From positions 53,526,174 through 53,590,173 of the forward strand of contig NC_057728.1 in the NCBI RefSeq assembly GCF_004010195.1: 64,000 bases of DNA. Direction: 5' to 3'. Origin of the DNA: Chiloscyllium plagiosum. Its lineage: Eukaryota. Made by a program: the position numbers and the translations under genes. Below, piece by piece: positions 63,496-64,000 of the stretch; position 1 is the first letter of the stretch; every line of letters begins with the position of its first letter. Below the pieces are notes generated by a model that was not told where the DNA came from, did not search any database, and saw only the letters and a program-made list of their open reading frames with translations.

Positions 63496-63818
63496 GGGCA
63501 GCATGGTGGCTCAGTGGTTAGCACTGCAGCCTCAAAGCACCATGGACCCAGGTTCGATTCCAGCCTTAGGCAACTGTCTGTGTGGACTTTGCACATTCTC
63601 CCTGTGTCTGCGTGAGTTTCCTCCAGGTGCTCCAGTTTTCTCCCACAGTCCAAAGATGTGCAGGTCAGGTAAATTGGCCATTCTAAATTGCCCATAGTAT
63701 TAGGTGCATTAGTCAGAGGGGAATGAGTCCGCGTGGGTAACTCTTCGGAGGGTCGGTGTGGACTTGTTGGGCCAAAAGGCCTGTTTCCACACTGTAGGGA
63801 ATCTAATCTAATCTAATC
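63496..63818 (+). mobile_element. HE1-like SINE
   Basis: Full-length copy with A/B boxes and (aatct)n tail. Confidence 0.9.
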
Positions 63819-64000
63819 ATTAACAGCTGGTTGTGCTCCCAGGTGAGGAGGGAAGAACTGCTCCTCCTTTTTACACAACCTCGCTCTTAACTGGTTACAA
63901 CAAGGTTAATATGGAAAGAATTCTTTCCTTCATGGATACCTTTTCCCAGTCCAGATGTATTTATGCTTAAAAAGGAGCCAAATTAATGAGGCTTTCTTGA

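Overview
Eukaryotic, repeat-rich vertebrate DNA, most likely from a shark (inferred from HE1-type SINEs and HER1/CR1-type LINEs). The only host gene I can support is keratocan (KERA, class II small leucine-rich proteoglycan): coding exons 8285-9152 and 14478-14650 on +, giving 346 aa. The rest is a nested, mostly decayed transposon landscape. It includes a structurally complete Gmr1-like Ty3/gypsy LTR element (286-6874, -) with integrase upstream of RT, a second fragmented gypsy element, an L1 with TSD (33238-37623, -), many CR1, L2-like, Rex1-like and RTE fragments, several SINE families and a Harbinger transposase remnant. The most interesting signal is a set of more than 15 short, often fold-back, Penelope-derived insertions, many flanked by 12-21 bp TSDs. 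Their terminal repeats carry minimal hammerhead ribozyme motifs (CUGANGA-A-stem II-GAAA-NN-UH) in two clear families and a probable third, with covarying stem II. All identifications were made by eye without database searches, and repeat boundaries are approximate unless a TSD is given.
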